Assembly: GCA_010093815.1 (NCBI GenBank)
Contig: ML996565.1
DNA from: Pseudovirgaria hyperparasitica
Lineage: Eukaryota
Direction: 5' to 3' (one strand)
Length of the DNA stretch: 64,000 nucleotides
The notes beneath the pieces were generated by a model that ran no database searches, was not told the origin of the DNA, and worked only from the letters and a program-made list of their open reading frames with translations. The translations under genes and the position numbers were made by a program. Position 1 is the first letter of the stretch. Each line of letters begins with the position of its first letter. This document shows positions 35,828 through 48,030 of the stretch, piece by piece.

Positions 35828-37214
35828 TCACGCCTCACGCACGTGGTTGTCGGTCAGTATACCCGCCCAACTGCTCATTGCCAGATGGCTGCGTGGGCCT
35901 TGGCGCCGTCTGCCCTGTGGCTGTGGCAGGGTCGGGAGCAGGGATGCCGAGAGGCTGTGGCGGTGCTGGGGGGTGATGGTGGTGGTGGTGGTTCTGGCGG
36001 CGGCGACGGCGGAACCAGCGGAATCAGCGGAATCAGTAGCGGAATCATCATCAGGAGAAGAAGAAGAAGAAGAAGGGGGCGAAGAAGCAGTCCGAGACCC
36101 CAGCCCAGCCAACGGAACAGAAACGCTGCGCTCCCGACCGGGTACATCCGAATCGCCCGTCTCAGGAGCTGCGAGACGTGCGAGGTCGTGCGGGGTGGTT
36201 TGGGGAGGAATACGAGGATTCATTTGGGAGGTGTTGTCTGCGTCGCTGTGTGTGGTGGTTATGCTGGTGGAAGGGTGGAATTCGGTTGCTTTTGGGTTGA
36301 GGGGGGTGCGGTGATGGTATTCGCGGTCGAATGGGGCGTAGGGGTTGCCGATTGTGGCGTAGGGACCACCGGTCGTGGGTGCGTAAGGGGGTGTGGATGC
36401 GAGGCCTGTGTGGAAGGTTGTGGTGTGGGTGTTTGGGATCGGGGTTGTGGAGCGGGTGTGCTCTCTGTAGGAGGCGCGGAGGAAGGCGAAGTTGTCTGGG
36501 TGTTCGAATGCGAGGGGGGGGTTGGCTGGGTGGTGGTGGTGGTGGTGGAAGGTGTTGCCGTATGGACCTTGGGCGTAGCCCGGAAAGGCGTTGTAGGGGG
36601 ATGTATGGTGGTTATTGTTGTTGTTGTTGTGATAACCAGGATAGGTCGTAGGGGTATGAGTGGCATAACCACTTCGAGACGCGGACTGCTTGTTGCTAGA
36701 AGAACCACGGACTGAATTATTGCCGTTGGTGTAGCTATTGTCGTAGAACCCACCGCGCACATTACGCTGCGCATGCTTCTTCCCGCCTCGCTTCTTCCTG
36801 CCTATGACACGCCGACGTTAACAAAAAACTACTTCTCACAGTCTAGGCGAGGTACACTACCGGGTGCAGATCAGGAACTGCAAGCGTGGTGACCATGCTC
36901 ATCGCGTAGATGGGATGTCCGATACCTTTCTGGGACTTTCCCCATGTGCCGCCAGGGTTTCCTGGATTGCTTGCATAGCCGCCTACTCGCTCGCCAACAC
37001 CGTAGTCGATGGTGCTTCCTTCGACGACGACTTGGTTGTCAAAGGTGACGTCGCTGGCTGGGACCATGTAGTATGCGTTAGGAGCTTGGTGGTTGGCGGT
37101 GTTTCCGTAGGGGGCATTGCCGGACGAAGTCATGATGGGGATCTCAGAACCTTGATCAGCCCAGGGCGCACCTTGAGCTGGGTCCATTTTTGGAGATACG
37201 CAAAGGGTCGCCAT
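35828..37214 (-). CDS. Low-complexity hypothetical protein with a PAM2-like motif
   Basis: Two ORF pieces joinable by a GTATCG...CATAG intron (about 36802-36925), giving ...GKSQKGRKKRGGKK...; contains TPLNPKATEFHPS. Confidence 0.55.
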
Positions 37215-38354
37215 GGTGAATGCTGGCCAAGGAGACGGTACAAATGATAGAACAGGTCGAGATACAGAGATGAATCTAGTGACAGGCTGTTGAGCAAGTG
37301 TGATGTAGGAAATATAGCACAATTGAAAAGTGTTGGAGAGGAGAAGGAGGAGACGGAAGGGAAGAGAGAGACGAAAAAGCTAATAAGTGCAATGTGCGAA
37401 AAAAAAAGAGATCTGAGCGTCCGCCTCGCTAAGTGAAAGTGAATCAAAGTGAATCAAAGTGAACGGCGACCGCATTGGGCCTCCTCCCTGTCCAGATTAG
37501 GATCCGGAGTTGGGTCCGGGAATGAAGCGGTGTACAGGTCGCCCGGTGAATAAGGAAAGGCACAAGAACAGTTGTGTTTGTTCAACGTCCTTCACGTCCT
37601 TGTAGGTTCCAGGTTCCAGAAACATGTCGTGCTCCATACCTACCATAAGCAATTGCTTCAAGCATGCGTACCCTGTCTCTGCCTGCGACATGCACTAAAA
37701 TCGTCACCATTTGGAGGAGTGGTGATGTACCCCAGTAGAAGTTCCTCGACACATATGGAGGACCTCGATAGCTCGCACAATACCGGATACTCACAACAAA
37801 GGAAACATATGGAAGAGCGCTGTGAGAGGCACAACACGTCCAGTGAGACAACGACAGATCCCGGAACACATACAAGGAACGAAGGGCCCCAGTCTGCGGC
37901 TCGTCGCGAAGACCACCATCCTGGATAAATATATGGTATACCTGAGGACGACTGTGTAAGTGTGGTATGGTAAGGTCAAACAAGACCCGGGATACGCCAA
38001 GAACGAAACCAGACGAGAGATAAATGTAGTGAATAATATAATTCATAAGCCTCATTACCCTGCCCGATCTATGAAAACGAATGACTCCGAAACGCATCTA
38101 TCTATCCCTTCCCAAAAAAGACTTTTCTATCCAGACGCAAGGATGCTGATCTCCGTTGGGGGGGGTATCGATGTGGAAACACAGTGTATATGACGCGAAG
38201 GATTGGATGGGATAACGAAACAATCCAATCATGTTGAAAATGGAGACAAAAAGAATTACATGGTGAAGAGAAGGTGTCGCAGCGATGTAGTGAAGCGCGT
38301 TGTAGCCTGACTACGCGCGTAGGAATAGGGTATCCTCAACAAGGTACTTCGCAA

Positions 38355-39158
38355 TCAAGCCTCTCGAGCATGTTGTCCAATTGCCTCGAGCTTGGAAGAG
38401 AGCTCCATGGCATCATGAAGACTGTCACTGGGAGTAGTGGGAGCCGTGGTGAGGGTGGCACTGACGCTCAGGTTCCTGGAACTGCTCTGCGACGACGAAG
38501 CATTGCTACCGATTCTCGCGGCGGAGACGTGTGAGAAGAAGTCCTTGGCGTCTATGCTGTTAGGACGAGAGGCAGCAGGAGTAGTAGCATAGGGACTCAT
38601 TGGAGCATTGCGTCCTTTGTGCTCCGGACCAGGACTGCAAGCGCTGCAGTGAGATGGGGCCAAGGAGGGAGCACGGCTGGCTTGTCGGCCACGCCATTCC
38701 GGAGAATCGCCCTTCAACATGTCTCTGAATTTCCCGGTACGCGCATCGGGAATCCAAAGCTTGTATGGTCCGGGAATAAAATCGCCGTTACTGTCCGTGA
38801 AGTTGACCCAAGCAGTGCCGTCGTCGAGCCGGAAGAAGCCAACTTCCTTGGTCCGGCCTTTGGAGTCCTTGATGGGCGCAACACGCTTGCGGTCGTTGTA
38901 GTCGTCGATGAGGAGGTGACGCTTCAACACACGAGAGTACTTGACAGAAATGGGCTTGATCAACGTCGCGGCGGGCTGGTCGATGGCAATGAGCGACCAT
39001 CCACGGCCAGGAACGTACTCATAGGTACCAGGAACGGGACTGTCCCAATGTTCTACGGTGCGCTCAGGCTTTGGGGCCGAACGTTGTGAGTCTGGCGAAG
39101 AAAACCATTTGTGCGGCTGAAACAACTTTGTAGTAGCAACAAGAAGATTCGGTGCCAT
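38355..39158 (-). CDS. Hypothetical protein (267 aa, single exon)
   Basis: ATG-initiated ORF with a globular-looking core (HWDSPVPGTYEYVPGRGW...GFFRLDDGTAWV...PGPYKLW) and a Ser-rich tail; family not recognised. Confidence 0.7.
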   Translation of the reverse strand: MAPNLLVATTKLFQPHKWFSSPDSQRSAPKPERTVEHWDSPVPGTYEYVPGRGWSLIAIDQPAATLIKPISVKYSRVLKRHLLIDDYNDRKRVAPIKDSKGRTKEVGFFRLDDGTAWVNFTDSNGDFIPGPYKLWIPDARTGKFRDMLKGDSPEWRGRQASRAPSLAPSHCSACSPGPEHKGRNAPMSPYATTPAASRPNSIDAKDFFSHVSAARIGSNASSSQSSSRNLSVSATLTTAPTTPSDSLHDAMELSSKLEAIGQHAREA

Positions 39159-41411
39159 TCAGGCGAAGAAGAGATTGGGGGGGATTCGGCTCGACGTGAA
39201 GAAGGCTTTGTTGATGGGGCGAATATGCAAGCGTGAGCGAGCAGGGATTCTGGGATGGCTTGTTGTTTGTCGTTGCAGAAGAATGGGCAAAGGAAGACAG
39301 GCAAAGCAAACAGGCCGGGAGGACAAAAGACTTTATACAAGAAAGCAAAAAAGAAAGGTAGATCAAGACAGAGATGTAATAGTAAGTAACAAGAGGTATT
39401 AGTAGTATTTTAGATCAAAGAAATGAATGATGTCGCGTTCTGAAGGAAATGTAAAAATGAAATTTTCAGGGCCAGCCGTGTCACGTGCTACTCTCGGATG
39501 GTTCAACGTAGCCACAAACGGGGGAAGCCAAGGAGCAAAGGGGGGGCCAGCGGTCAGCTTAGTTACTGCAACGCCAGCGTACAGTACAGTATTTTTAGCA
39601 GTCAGGATGTATGCAAATCTATCGGAATTAGTAGAATGCGGCCCTTATCAGCAACTCATGGGAGAATGTGCAAAGCTGACTGGACTGGACTGGACTGGAC
39701 TCGAGCACTCAGCGAGATATCACAACACACATAATACACAGCCAAGAACACGGCCAAGAACACATAATCCCATATGCATGCAGCACGCACACACACACAC
39801 ACACATCATCATCATCATCATAACAGGATGCACTACACCCATGCACCATGCACCGCGTGCGTCCGTGTCCACAAGTCCACTATTCACAGTCCACCCGTAG
39901 CCTCGGAAGCCATCCATCCCATCCCTCGAAGGTTTGAGAACGTCGAACCTTCAGAGTTCTAGCCCATACACCGACACACAGACAGACACACAGACACAGA
40001 ACAAGATTTCCCCCCTTCCTTCGTTTCGGACCGTCAGAAATGATTGGAATTTGGCACTGACCAGAAGGAGGGAGCCTGCCTGGTAAGAAGGGGGGGAAAC
40101 ACTGGACCGACCACTCAGATGTCAGACCATGGCGGCGTGGACCCGGAAATGAAAAGCACCCTTACTTTACCTTACCTTAGGAAGCACACATATATCGACG
40201 CTCTCAATAATAATGATATCGAGGACATGACATGAACGTTTCACACCGGGAGCCCCTGGCATCCATGTTGTCGCTCTGTCCTTGTCGATATCGTTGGTCT
40301 TTGTCATCGTTGTTGTTGTTGTTGCTTGCTGCTTGCTGCTTGCTGGCTGACTGATAGCTCATAGCGGTGAGACACGGCAACGGGATCTTCTGATGCTGAT
40401 AATATGCAGTAAATGTGGATGCCTTTTGAAGCCAAGTTGCTGATAATGCATTTCGGCCATCACAGCCGAAAATGCAAGCATCCGCCCGTCCTCTTAGCTG
40501 TCCCGCCGCCCCGGTGCGCTCCCTTGGCCCCACACCCCCTGCACTGCATGCACGCTTCCATCTTGGCCTCTCGTCCCGCGCTACATTGCCTATTATCTAT
40601 CAGTCTACTGTATGTACATTATACCGGGCTGCTCTCAAGATAGCTAAATGTCAGCCATGCATGAGGCGTAGGGCATGGTTGTACATGGAACAAACTACTA
40701 CTACTCACCGTCCTTGCACTTACTTCGAGACAGTCCAATAGCATACTGCGGATTCAACACGTTGATCTGCATAAAGAGAGAGCATTGCTGCAACCACCGC
40801 CCATTCTTTCTTGCTCACCCCTATACACGCAATTTTCACCCTTCTCATTCCCAGACGCACACTCGCTCCTCAGCCACCCTTCTGGCGGGGCTTTTTATGT
40901 ACGGGAGTGTTGTAAGCACGACGCATGGTGGATCTACTATGTATGGTCGATTCGGGCTTCCCATGTGTCCCCACAGCCTCGCAAACTGCTGGCACTGGCC
41001 GTATCTAGGGGCCGTTTGCAGACATGCTCACTACACAGTCAGATCTCGGAATACGAGGGATTTGGGAATTTCCGTAGACGTCTCCGATTGCTGTTCCGGA
41101 CTGCATCTTTCACACCGTTCTCACACGACATTGTGTCACTTCGCATTGTCACGCCTTACATAGACCTCAACGTACCCGACTGGTCGCCCATGAATGCGTT
41201 GGTTGAGTGCCCAATTACAGGCTTTTGTGGGTATGCTACGTATGCTCACACCAGCGGTCGTGGAATGTCCATTTGGTTTGGGTGCTTTGATCCCAATGGC
41301 TTCCATTTTGCTTCCAGAAATTGCATACATTGGCTCTTTAATCCTCGAGCCGTTTGGAAACTCCGCAGAACACAATGCACATCCCTTTCATTTCCCCATA
41401 CCAACTCCCGC

Positions 41412-42102
41412 TCATGACTCGGTGGTGATCTTGGCCTTGCCGTTCGTAACCTTGACACCTAGTTGCTTGGCACGGGTAACAATATCGACACGCTTTCGTG
41501 ATGAAACGGAGTGCGAGATCCTGTAACGTCATATTAACATCCTATCCTGTACCATTGTCTGGTTCCCACATGTACGTACTCTGCGGCGAAGGTGCGGTTG
41601 TGCATCAGGAGGAGGTCGAGGTCCTTTGTGTTGTGGACGAGGAACGCCTTGTGGCCAGAAGGCATCATGTGGCGGGTCTTCTTGTTGGATCCGTAACCAA
41701 TCTATCACAGAAGGTCTAGTCAGCGATATACTCCAAATCGCACACAACTTCTTCCTCTTCCCGTTCAATCGTTCCTAGTCCCACAATCTTCACTTCTTCT
41801 TCTCTTTAATAATGTGATGTCGTACCTTGGGCATAGCAGCCTGGCCCTTGAACCGACGGCGGACGCGGTTGTCGATACCCTTGGGTTTCCTCCAGCTAGG
41901 GTCAACACATTTGAAGCGGTCGCTTTGGTGGCGGTTGAAGCGCGCGGTGTCTGTTGCTCTCGTCAGTATACATTGGTTACAATGTGACGGCCGCGGCGAT
42001 GTGGTCGATGTTTGACGCCATTGGGAGTATCGCATAGGACCGGTACAGGTTTGAGAACGTACGCTTCTTCACAATAGGGACGTGCTTCTTTGCGGAGACC
42101 AT
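41412..42102 (-). CDS. RPL32: 60S ribosomal protein L32 (eL32)
   Basis: Spliced product [26 protein letters not shown]...[31 protein letters not shown]...[12 protein letters not shown]...; three introns. Confidence 0.97.
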
Positions 42103-42513
42103 CTTCACGAAGAATATTAGCTTGTTGAAACGCTTGCAAGTGTGGAATTGAGGATATCGTACTTTGCCGGTTGCTGGTTGTCGTAATGTCGTTCGATGAT
42201 GTTGGGTAATCGGACCTCTGCAAAAATTGTGGTGGTGCGAATCTCGAGCTAACCTGATACGCTAGCACAAGCGAGTGTCGCCAAGATTACAACACGTACT
42301 GTCACGTGCATACTGAGTGGAATGGTCATGACCTTGCAGGTTGAACTTATTACTGCTGTGTCGTAATGGGTATCTAAAAGTTTCAATGTACAGTATCTGA
42401 GCCACGCAGCCTGTATCGTTACAGTGTGACCTGGAGTCCAACGCCTGAAGAAATGCTCCCAAGGCTCTTAATAATAATGCAAACAGTCTGTATCCATGAA
42501 TAGTCCATATTGA

Positions 42514-44790
42514 TCATGTAGGCGCGACCATTAGGAGCGATTCACCCCTCCCTCGATGCATCGACGGGTGTCCAGCTGTGCGCATATGCACAGATTTTGA
42601 TTCCTTATCTGGACTATACGTTCCCTCTGTAGGCTGGATCTGATCAGATTTTGATGCAGAACTTATGGGAGTTGGGGGAGTTGAGTCTGGAGGACCACTA
42701 AGAATCTCAGAAGGTGTGTCAGATGTAAGAGGCAGCTTGGCGAGTGGTGCCATGGGCTTCTCAGGAACTGCCGATTCATGGTCCTTCTGGCTCTCGCTGG
42801 TACCCTTAGCAGCTTTCAAGTCTCGCATCAGATCATCAGTCAATTGAGCTAGTCGTCCTGTTGGGGTTTCTGCATTTTGTTTGTGGCCCTCTTGCGTCAC
42901 CTTAAGTGGCTCAACCAAATCTTGTGTCGTATCCGTCGTATGAGGCACCGCTTGCCTGGGCGTGTCTGATACTTCCTGACGGCAGGATGTCGATCGAGGT
43001 GGATCTACCATTCTTCGCTCGTAGAATAGCATGAACACTCCCGGTGCTTTCAATACAGCTCGTTCATCCTGTGGGCGAACATCCTCGTCACTAAAACTCC
43101 ACCAACGCCCAGACTGATGATCTGTCGTCTCCTCAGGTTTATCTTCAGGACTGACATCGACATGATCATTGGCGTCAGATTTCCCTGTGGATTCGAGTGA
43201 GGATGCATGTTTCTTGTAGCAGACATAATGCCCGTTGTGGTGGCCGAAACCTTGATGCCGTACTACGGCTCGTAGCTCGTACTGGAGTTGCCACCCAAGA
43301 GCTTTGCGTGTTACCTCCTCTTCTGGTAGCATAGACTGCATTGGATCCATCTTCCACAACTGTACAGCATCCTGAGAATCCTTGCTCTCAGCTTCCAAGC
43401 CACCCAACGTCCAGGCTGACATGTCTTGGAAGACTGGGAACTCGACTGGTGAGGTATTCTTTCGCAGTTGCCACGTTTTTTCGTCGAATTCACTCCTATT
43501 GATGTGGATAGCTAATGACTGTGGCGCTCTGGCAATGACAGACTGTTTCGTTTTGAGTGTTTCCGTCCACTTATTCTTTGAAATGCCGCATTTGATGGTC
43601 AGATTCTTGTCGTTCTCCCCAAAGTCTTCTGATTCCAGTAGATCTCTAACAGAATCAAGCCTCGCGCGGGCAGTATTTTCGAATTCGGCTGAAGAAGAGA
43701 GGCCATTCGTAGCACACGTGGCTAGCAATCGTTCCAGGCTTTTTTTGTTCTGCAATAATGTGCACCGAGCACAGTATGTAGGACCCACTTTTTCCAATTT
43801 CATGTACTCGCGAAGTAGGTCCCCAAGCTGAAAAGTATACCATTGCGGAAAGTTCTTCGGGAACTGAGTCATCAGGCAATTAAAACTGACCAGTCTGAGT
43901 CCTTCACAATAACCGCATTCCGTACACATGGTGCGATCTGCGAGTAGACCATCTAGTGGATTCCCATAACGAGCGATGCCTTCTTCCCTTCTATACTGCC
44001 CAGAGGCAAAGCCTTCCATAACTTGTGTTCCCAAAGGTGTCTCAGCTGTTGATCCATCTAGCTCCTTCAGCCCAGCGGACTGCGGACGTGCATGCATAGC
44101 CTCGGCAAGCTCTTTCTCTGTGACATCCATCATCGACCCAAAGTATTCGTGCGCGTCTTGCGGGTTTACGCTGTCCATAGTCTTTAGTTTTTGTGGTGTC
44201 CATAGCGTCTTTTCGTTTGTCTTCGGGTCACTCAAGGTGTCTAGAAGGTCTGCAAGTGTTCCCACCATAGAATCGGGTCCTAATGTATCGAACTCTACGG
44301 TCATGTTTGAAAAAAACCTTCTCACGGACGGGAGGGATGACAGCCCCTATTGGAGGTCAGTAAGATGCAGACCGCGGAGTACATCAGGTAACTGTACCTG
44401 GAGTATGCTGTTCTGATAGCATGAGTTATCAAAATTTCCCAGGCCAGCAGGAACCCCGGTGCTAACATTCGAGCCAAGTAAGAACTTGCTCATGCTTGGG
44501 AGAGGGTTCAATCTGCTTGACCCATATCCTGGTATATGAAGAGACCTCCTGAGTATTATCACGAAGTTCAACAGCGGGCGGGGAGCGTAGACATTTAATA
44601 TCCGCGATGCCAGATCCGCAAGATTGTATAGAAGTCCGTGAACAGTGCTCCCTCGGTGAAAAAAGATACCAGCGCAGATGATGAAAAAGATTGTTGATAA
44701 TATCGATGCAGACATGTTGCGATAACCACTTTCGTTGTCCTGTGGAGGAAGAAGTTGCTTGCGCGCGTGGAAGATATTGGTGTGCTCCAT
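42514..44790 (-). CDS. Ubiquitin carboxyl-terminal hydrolase (USP/UBP family, N-terminal TM; Ubp1/USP30-like)
   Basis: Cys box GLGNFDNSCYQNSILQ|GLSSL, QDAHEY, His box YELRAVVRHQGFGHHNGHYVCY and WWSFSDE. Hydrophobic N-terminal segment. The start codon is uncertain. Confidence 0.9.
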
Positions 44791-45172
44791 GTTTGTCTCC
44801 AGTTGTGCTTTCACTTTGGCCACCAAGGGCGGGTGCGATATGTCGAAGCACGTTTCTTATAAAGCATGGAGAGCAAAGCCTCCACCAAAGGAATGGAACA
44901 GCAGAGAGGCGTATGGTAAATTTTGGTCGTCGGCAAAGATTAACAGTGACAAGGAAGCCCGTTCAACAGTGCATGGGCATGCGAGGACAGTGGTTGGGAG
45001 AGCTTGGTAAGGATATCTGATGGATCCGGATCTCACGCGCTAGAAATCCCAGCCCCACGTTACCGATCCCCGCTAAAAATATTCTGGCAACTTATCCCCA
45101 AAACTTCCAGATTCCGCATTGTAGTTCAGAAGCGTTGCGATATATACGTCCACGCAGGTCGTCTTCGCCGCC

Positions 45173-45789
45173 ATGGGGAAAACGCCAAAGCCAAAGAGCA
45201 AGAGTCAGTATCTCATTACCTTCTACAATGCGATGAGACTCATCAGGACCTAGAGGTTTCGCTACACTCTCGTGCTGCGCGCCGTGAGACTTCTCCCACC
45301 CTTGCCGGAAACATTGACAAGTCCCTGTTGAACGTACCGCGTGCATCTTCTCCGCGAGATAGAGCTCCACGGCACTCCGTCCTGGCCGCAAATACGTCCG
45401 CCGGCGTATCGAAACGTCCGAAGCGGGGACAGCATACTCGGCATCAGAAGCTGCGAAGGGAGAAGATAAGCCAAAAAGCCGACGAATTTGCCGGGAAACT
45501 AGAGACCAAGACCACACTCAGCGTGAAGAGAGCGAAGAAAATCAAGGAAAGAGCTAAGGCATGGGAGGACGTCAACGATATTGCTACGATCGCACCTGTA
45601 AACAAGTTTGACGCTCTGAGAGATGAAGGCAATAATGGCGAGGACTGGGAAGACATGGACGACGATGAGACGATGCGAGAGGCCAGTAATGTAAAGACAG
45701 CAGACTCCACTGCTAAGAGACAGCCGTTGCCATCTTCAATCACGCCTTCCGTGTCCATAGCTCCTACAGAAGAAGACGAGATACTCTGA
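45173..45789 (+). CDS. ALB1: Alb1-domain ribosome biogenesis protein
   Basis: MGKTPKPKSK|KVSLHSRAARR..SP, then K.E.K...S..R.K.IK.RAKAWEDVN, the typical Alb1 pattern. One intron at about 45204-45253. Confidence 0.8.
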
Positions 45790-46082
45790 TCAACTGCTAC
45801 TTTCAAGTGTTGACCATCTGTCGTCAGATTTACCCCGTCTGGCATCCTTTCAGCATTAGCCACACCGCCGCAGAGCCTTCACGTCACTCCGGTCAGCCCG
45901 TCGAATCACGGACATTAGCATATACGGGGGTCCCAAAGCTATCACCAATGATCAAGCAATTTTGGGGTTATAACGGCTGCTATAAAGACAGCGGTAGCAT
46001 ATACCTAGCCCTGCATGCCTAAGGTGAAGGGGCCATGAAAAGAAGATAGGATGATGAAGGCATGATAGACGACCAGACAAGC

Positions 46083-46730
46083 TCAATTAGAGACAGAGTA
46101 CAACTTGTACGATTCCAGCGAGGTAGACTCAAAGCAAATAGCGCCCTCTGACTTGTTGATCTTGTCGAAGAACGATTTCTCCGTCTGACTAAGCTCTCCT
46201 CCAGTGCACCTCGCCTTACTGATATCGTATTTTGGCTCCGATGCCGTGCCGAAATTGCTAACTTCGATGGATTTGCATTGCCTCGTTGCGAACAAGTACA
46301 GGACTAAGAGTGCGACCTCGGTTTCTCCAGTTGGCCGACCGGAGTTGAGTTTCCACGTGCACGAGACCCTCTGGGCTGACTTCTCGATCGATGTGCGGAT
46401 GAAGTTGGTCGTAGAGACCTGGTTGAGCTTGTTGTCGAAATACTCAACCATAGCCTCTTCGTCCTTCGCAATGCGGATATGCACGTCCTTTGTCTCTGGA
46501 TCGATGGTGACTATCCAATCGTGCGAAGGACATTCTTCAGTCTTTGTAGTGAGGAGATGGCCCGCTCGCTTGTATGATAGTTCGTGGACGGAGACCAGAT
46601 TGTCGAATCGCAGCTCCTCTTTCCACACAGCCATTCGTGTCTCCAGACCGCCGTCATCCTCTGAAGAGGGGTGTGTGTTGTGCTTGTCGAGCCCCGAGTG
46701 CTGACCTGCAGCGTGAATAGATCCGGTCAT
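46083..46730 (-). CDS. Orphan hypothetical protein (about 215 aa)
   Basis: Uninterrupted ORF from ATG 46730 with ordinary globular composition; no recognised family. Confidence 0.5.
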   Translation of the reverse strand: MTGSIHAAGQHSGLDKHNTHPSSEDDGGLETRMAVWKEELRFDNLVSVHELSYKRAGHLLTTKTEECPSHDWIVTIDPETKDVHIRIAKDEEAMVEYFDNKLNQVSTTNFIRTSIEKSAQRVSCTWKLNSGRPTGETEVALLVLYLFATRQCKSIEVSNFGTASEPKYDISKARCTGGELSQTEKSFFDKINKSEGAICFESTSLESYKLYSVSN

Positions 46731-47739
46731 GGTTTCGAAACGGTCGCTCGATATTATCGTGGATGAATGCGACCTGGCGCGGATTGCAAAGTGTAAAGGT
46801 GGATGGAGAATGGAATGGTATGGGTTCCGAGGAAACAACGACTGTAGATATTAACCCGCGGAAGCCGGAGCAAGCTCCTCTGATATTACATATCCATCTG
46901 CAGCCCACCTAATAAGCCTGTTCGCAAGCTCGGGGCCAGATCTAGGTATCTGGCCAGACCCTTGCACTGGGCCCCGCCTCGCCTCTTGTCAACGGCTTCT
47001 TCAGCCTATCATTTTGCTGCCTCAGCCAGGTTGGCCGCCGTGCCGCCAAAAGCGGGACGACCACGTGGGGCGGCGGGGACTGGCCCCTCCGATCGGGATA
47101 CAGTACAGACTAAAGATGAATACCGATTCACGGAGATGCCGCGAAAACATCTAGGGCTTTGAGTGTCTGTTATCGAAAATCATACTTGCGAGTGGCGACT
47201 TTGTTTGTCGATGGTATGGCCTAGCTTCTGGATATTCATCTTGACTGACTTATTCCGAAATGGGCAAATGCCCGCTGCCTACTTATCAATAATGAACGCT
47301 TGCATCGTAGTCTCCAAACGCGAGACGACAGTACATACATGGTCTGCTCTGAATATTCTATAGTCGATGAGTTTTTAACAATTGTTCACCTCATCTTGTT
47401 CCGTGGTGGACTTCTCGATACTGAGTATTATATTGCAAGATTCATTAGATACGACCAGTCAATCCAACAGTAACAGACATTTATCCAATCTCCTCCTTTC
47501 TCCTTAGTACTGTTTTATAAACATCGTCACTCACAAACTCCTTGGCTGAACATATCTTATCAATCGTTTTATGTATAGAATGTTACCAAGAGGTGTAAAT
47601 CAGTTAATTTAAACCAGAGAAACCCAGATACATGCTACGGACATCGGAAACACTAAGATACAATCTTCAAATTCCTAGATAGGAATCTGTGAGTGGTTTT
47701 CTGTCGACAGTTTGTGCTAGGAGCGCCTGCTGTCATGGA

Positions 47740-48030
47740 CATATGACGTATTGAAGAGCATCTTGTATATGGCTGCGAGAATAAGCATACTCCTGATCAA
47801 GTTGTGCTGAACATCGGGCGACTTGAAGAGCACTCTGGTGATCAGCTCTTACGATTGATATAGCGTATTAGGGCAATGTAGTATGGTAAGCTTCTCCTTG
47901 GGTCATCCGTAACGTCAAAAGAGGGCACATACAAGTCCTTCCAGACTACATCGCGGCTAATCTACGATGTAAATGATGCTACTAACAGGAACTTGAAAAA
48001 GCATGAGTGGTTGACTAGTGATTGGTGTCT
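47740..48030 (+). pseudogene. Possible decayed intron-containing gene
   Basis: Frame RIEEHLVYGCENKHTPDQVVLNIGRLEEHSGDQLLRLI*RIRAM*Y with TAG stops at 47861 and 47879, followed by a canonical-looking intron GTAAGC...CTAACAG (47886-47988). Confidence 0.3.

Noticed and set aside
40785..41417. 210-aa plus-strand ORF converging on RPL32
   Set aside because: Non-ATG start, no recognisable motifs, several overlapping ORFs of similar quality; probably intergenic or 3' UTR sequence.
41700..42062. snoRNA in RPL32 introns
   Set aside because: No convincing paired C (RTGATGA) and D (CTGA) boxes with terminal stem, nor an H/ACA layout, could be seen.
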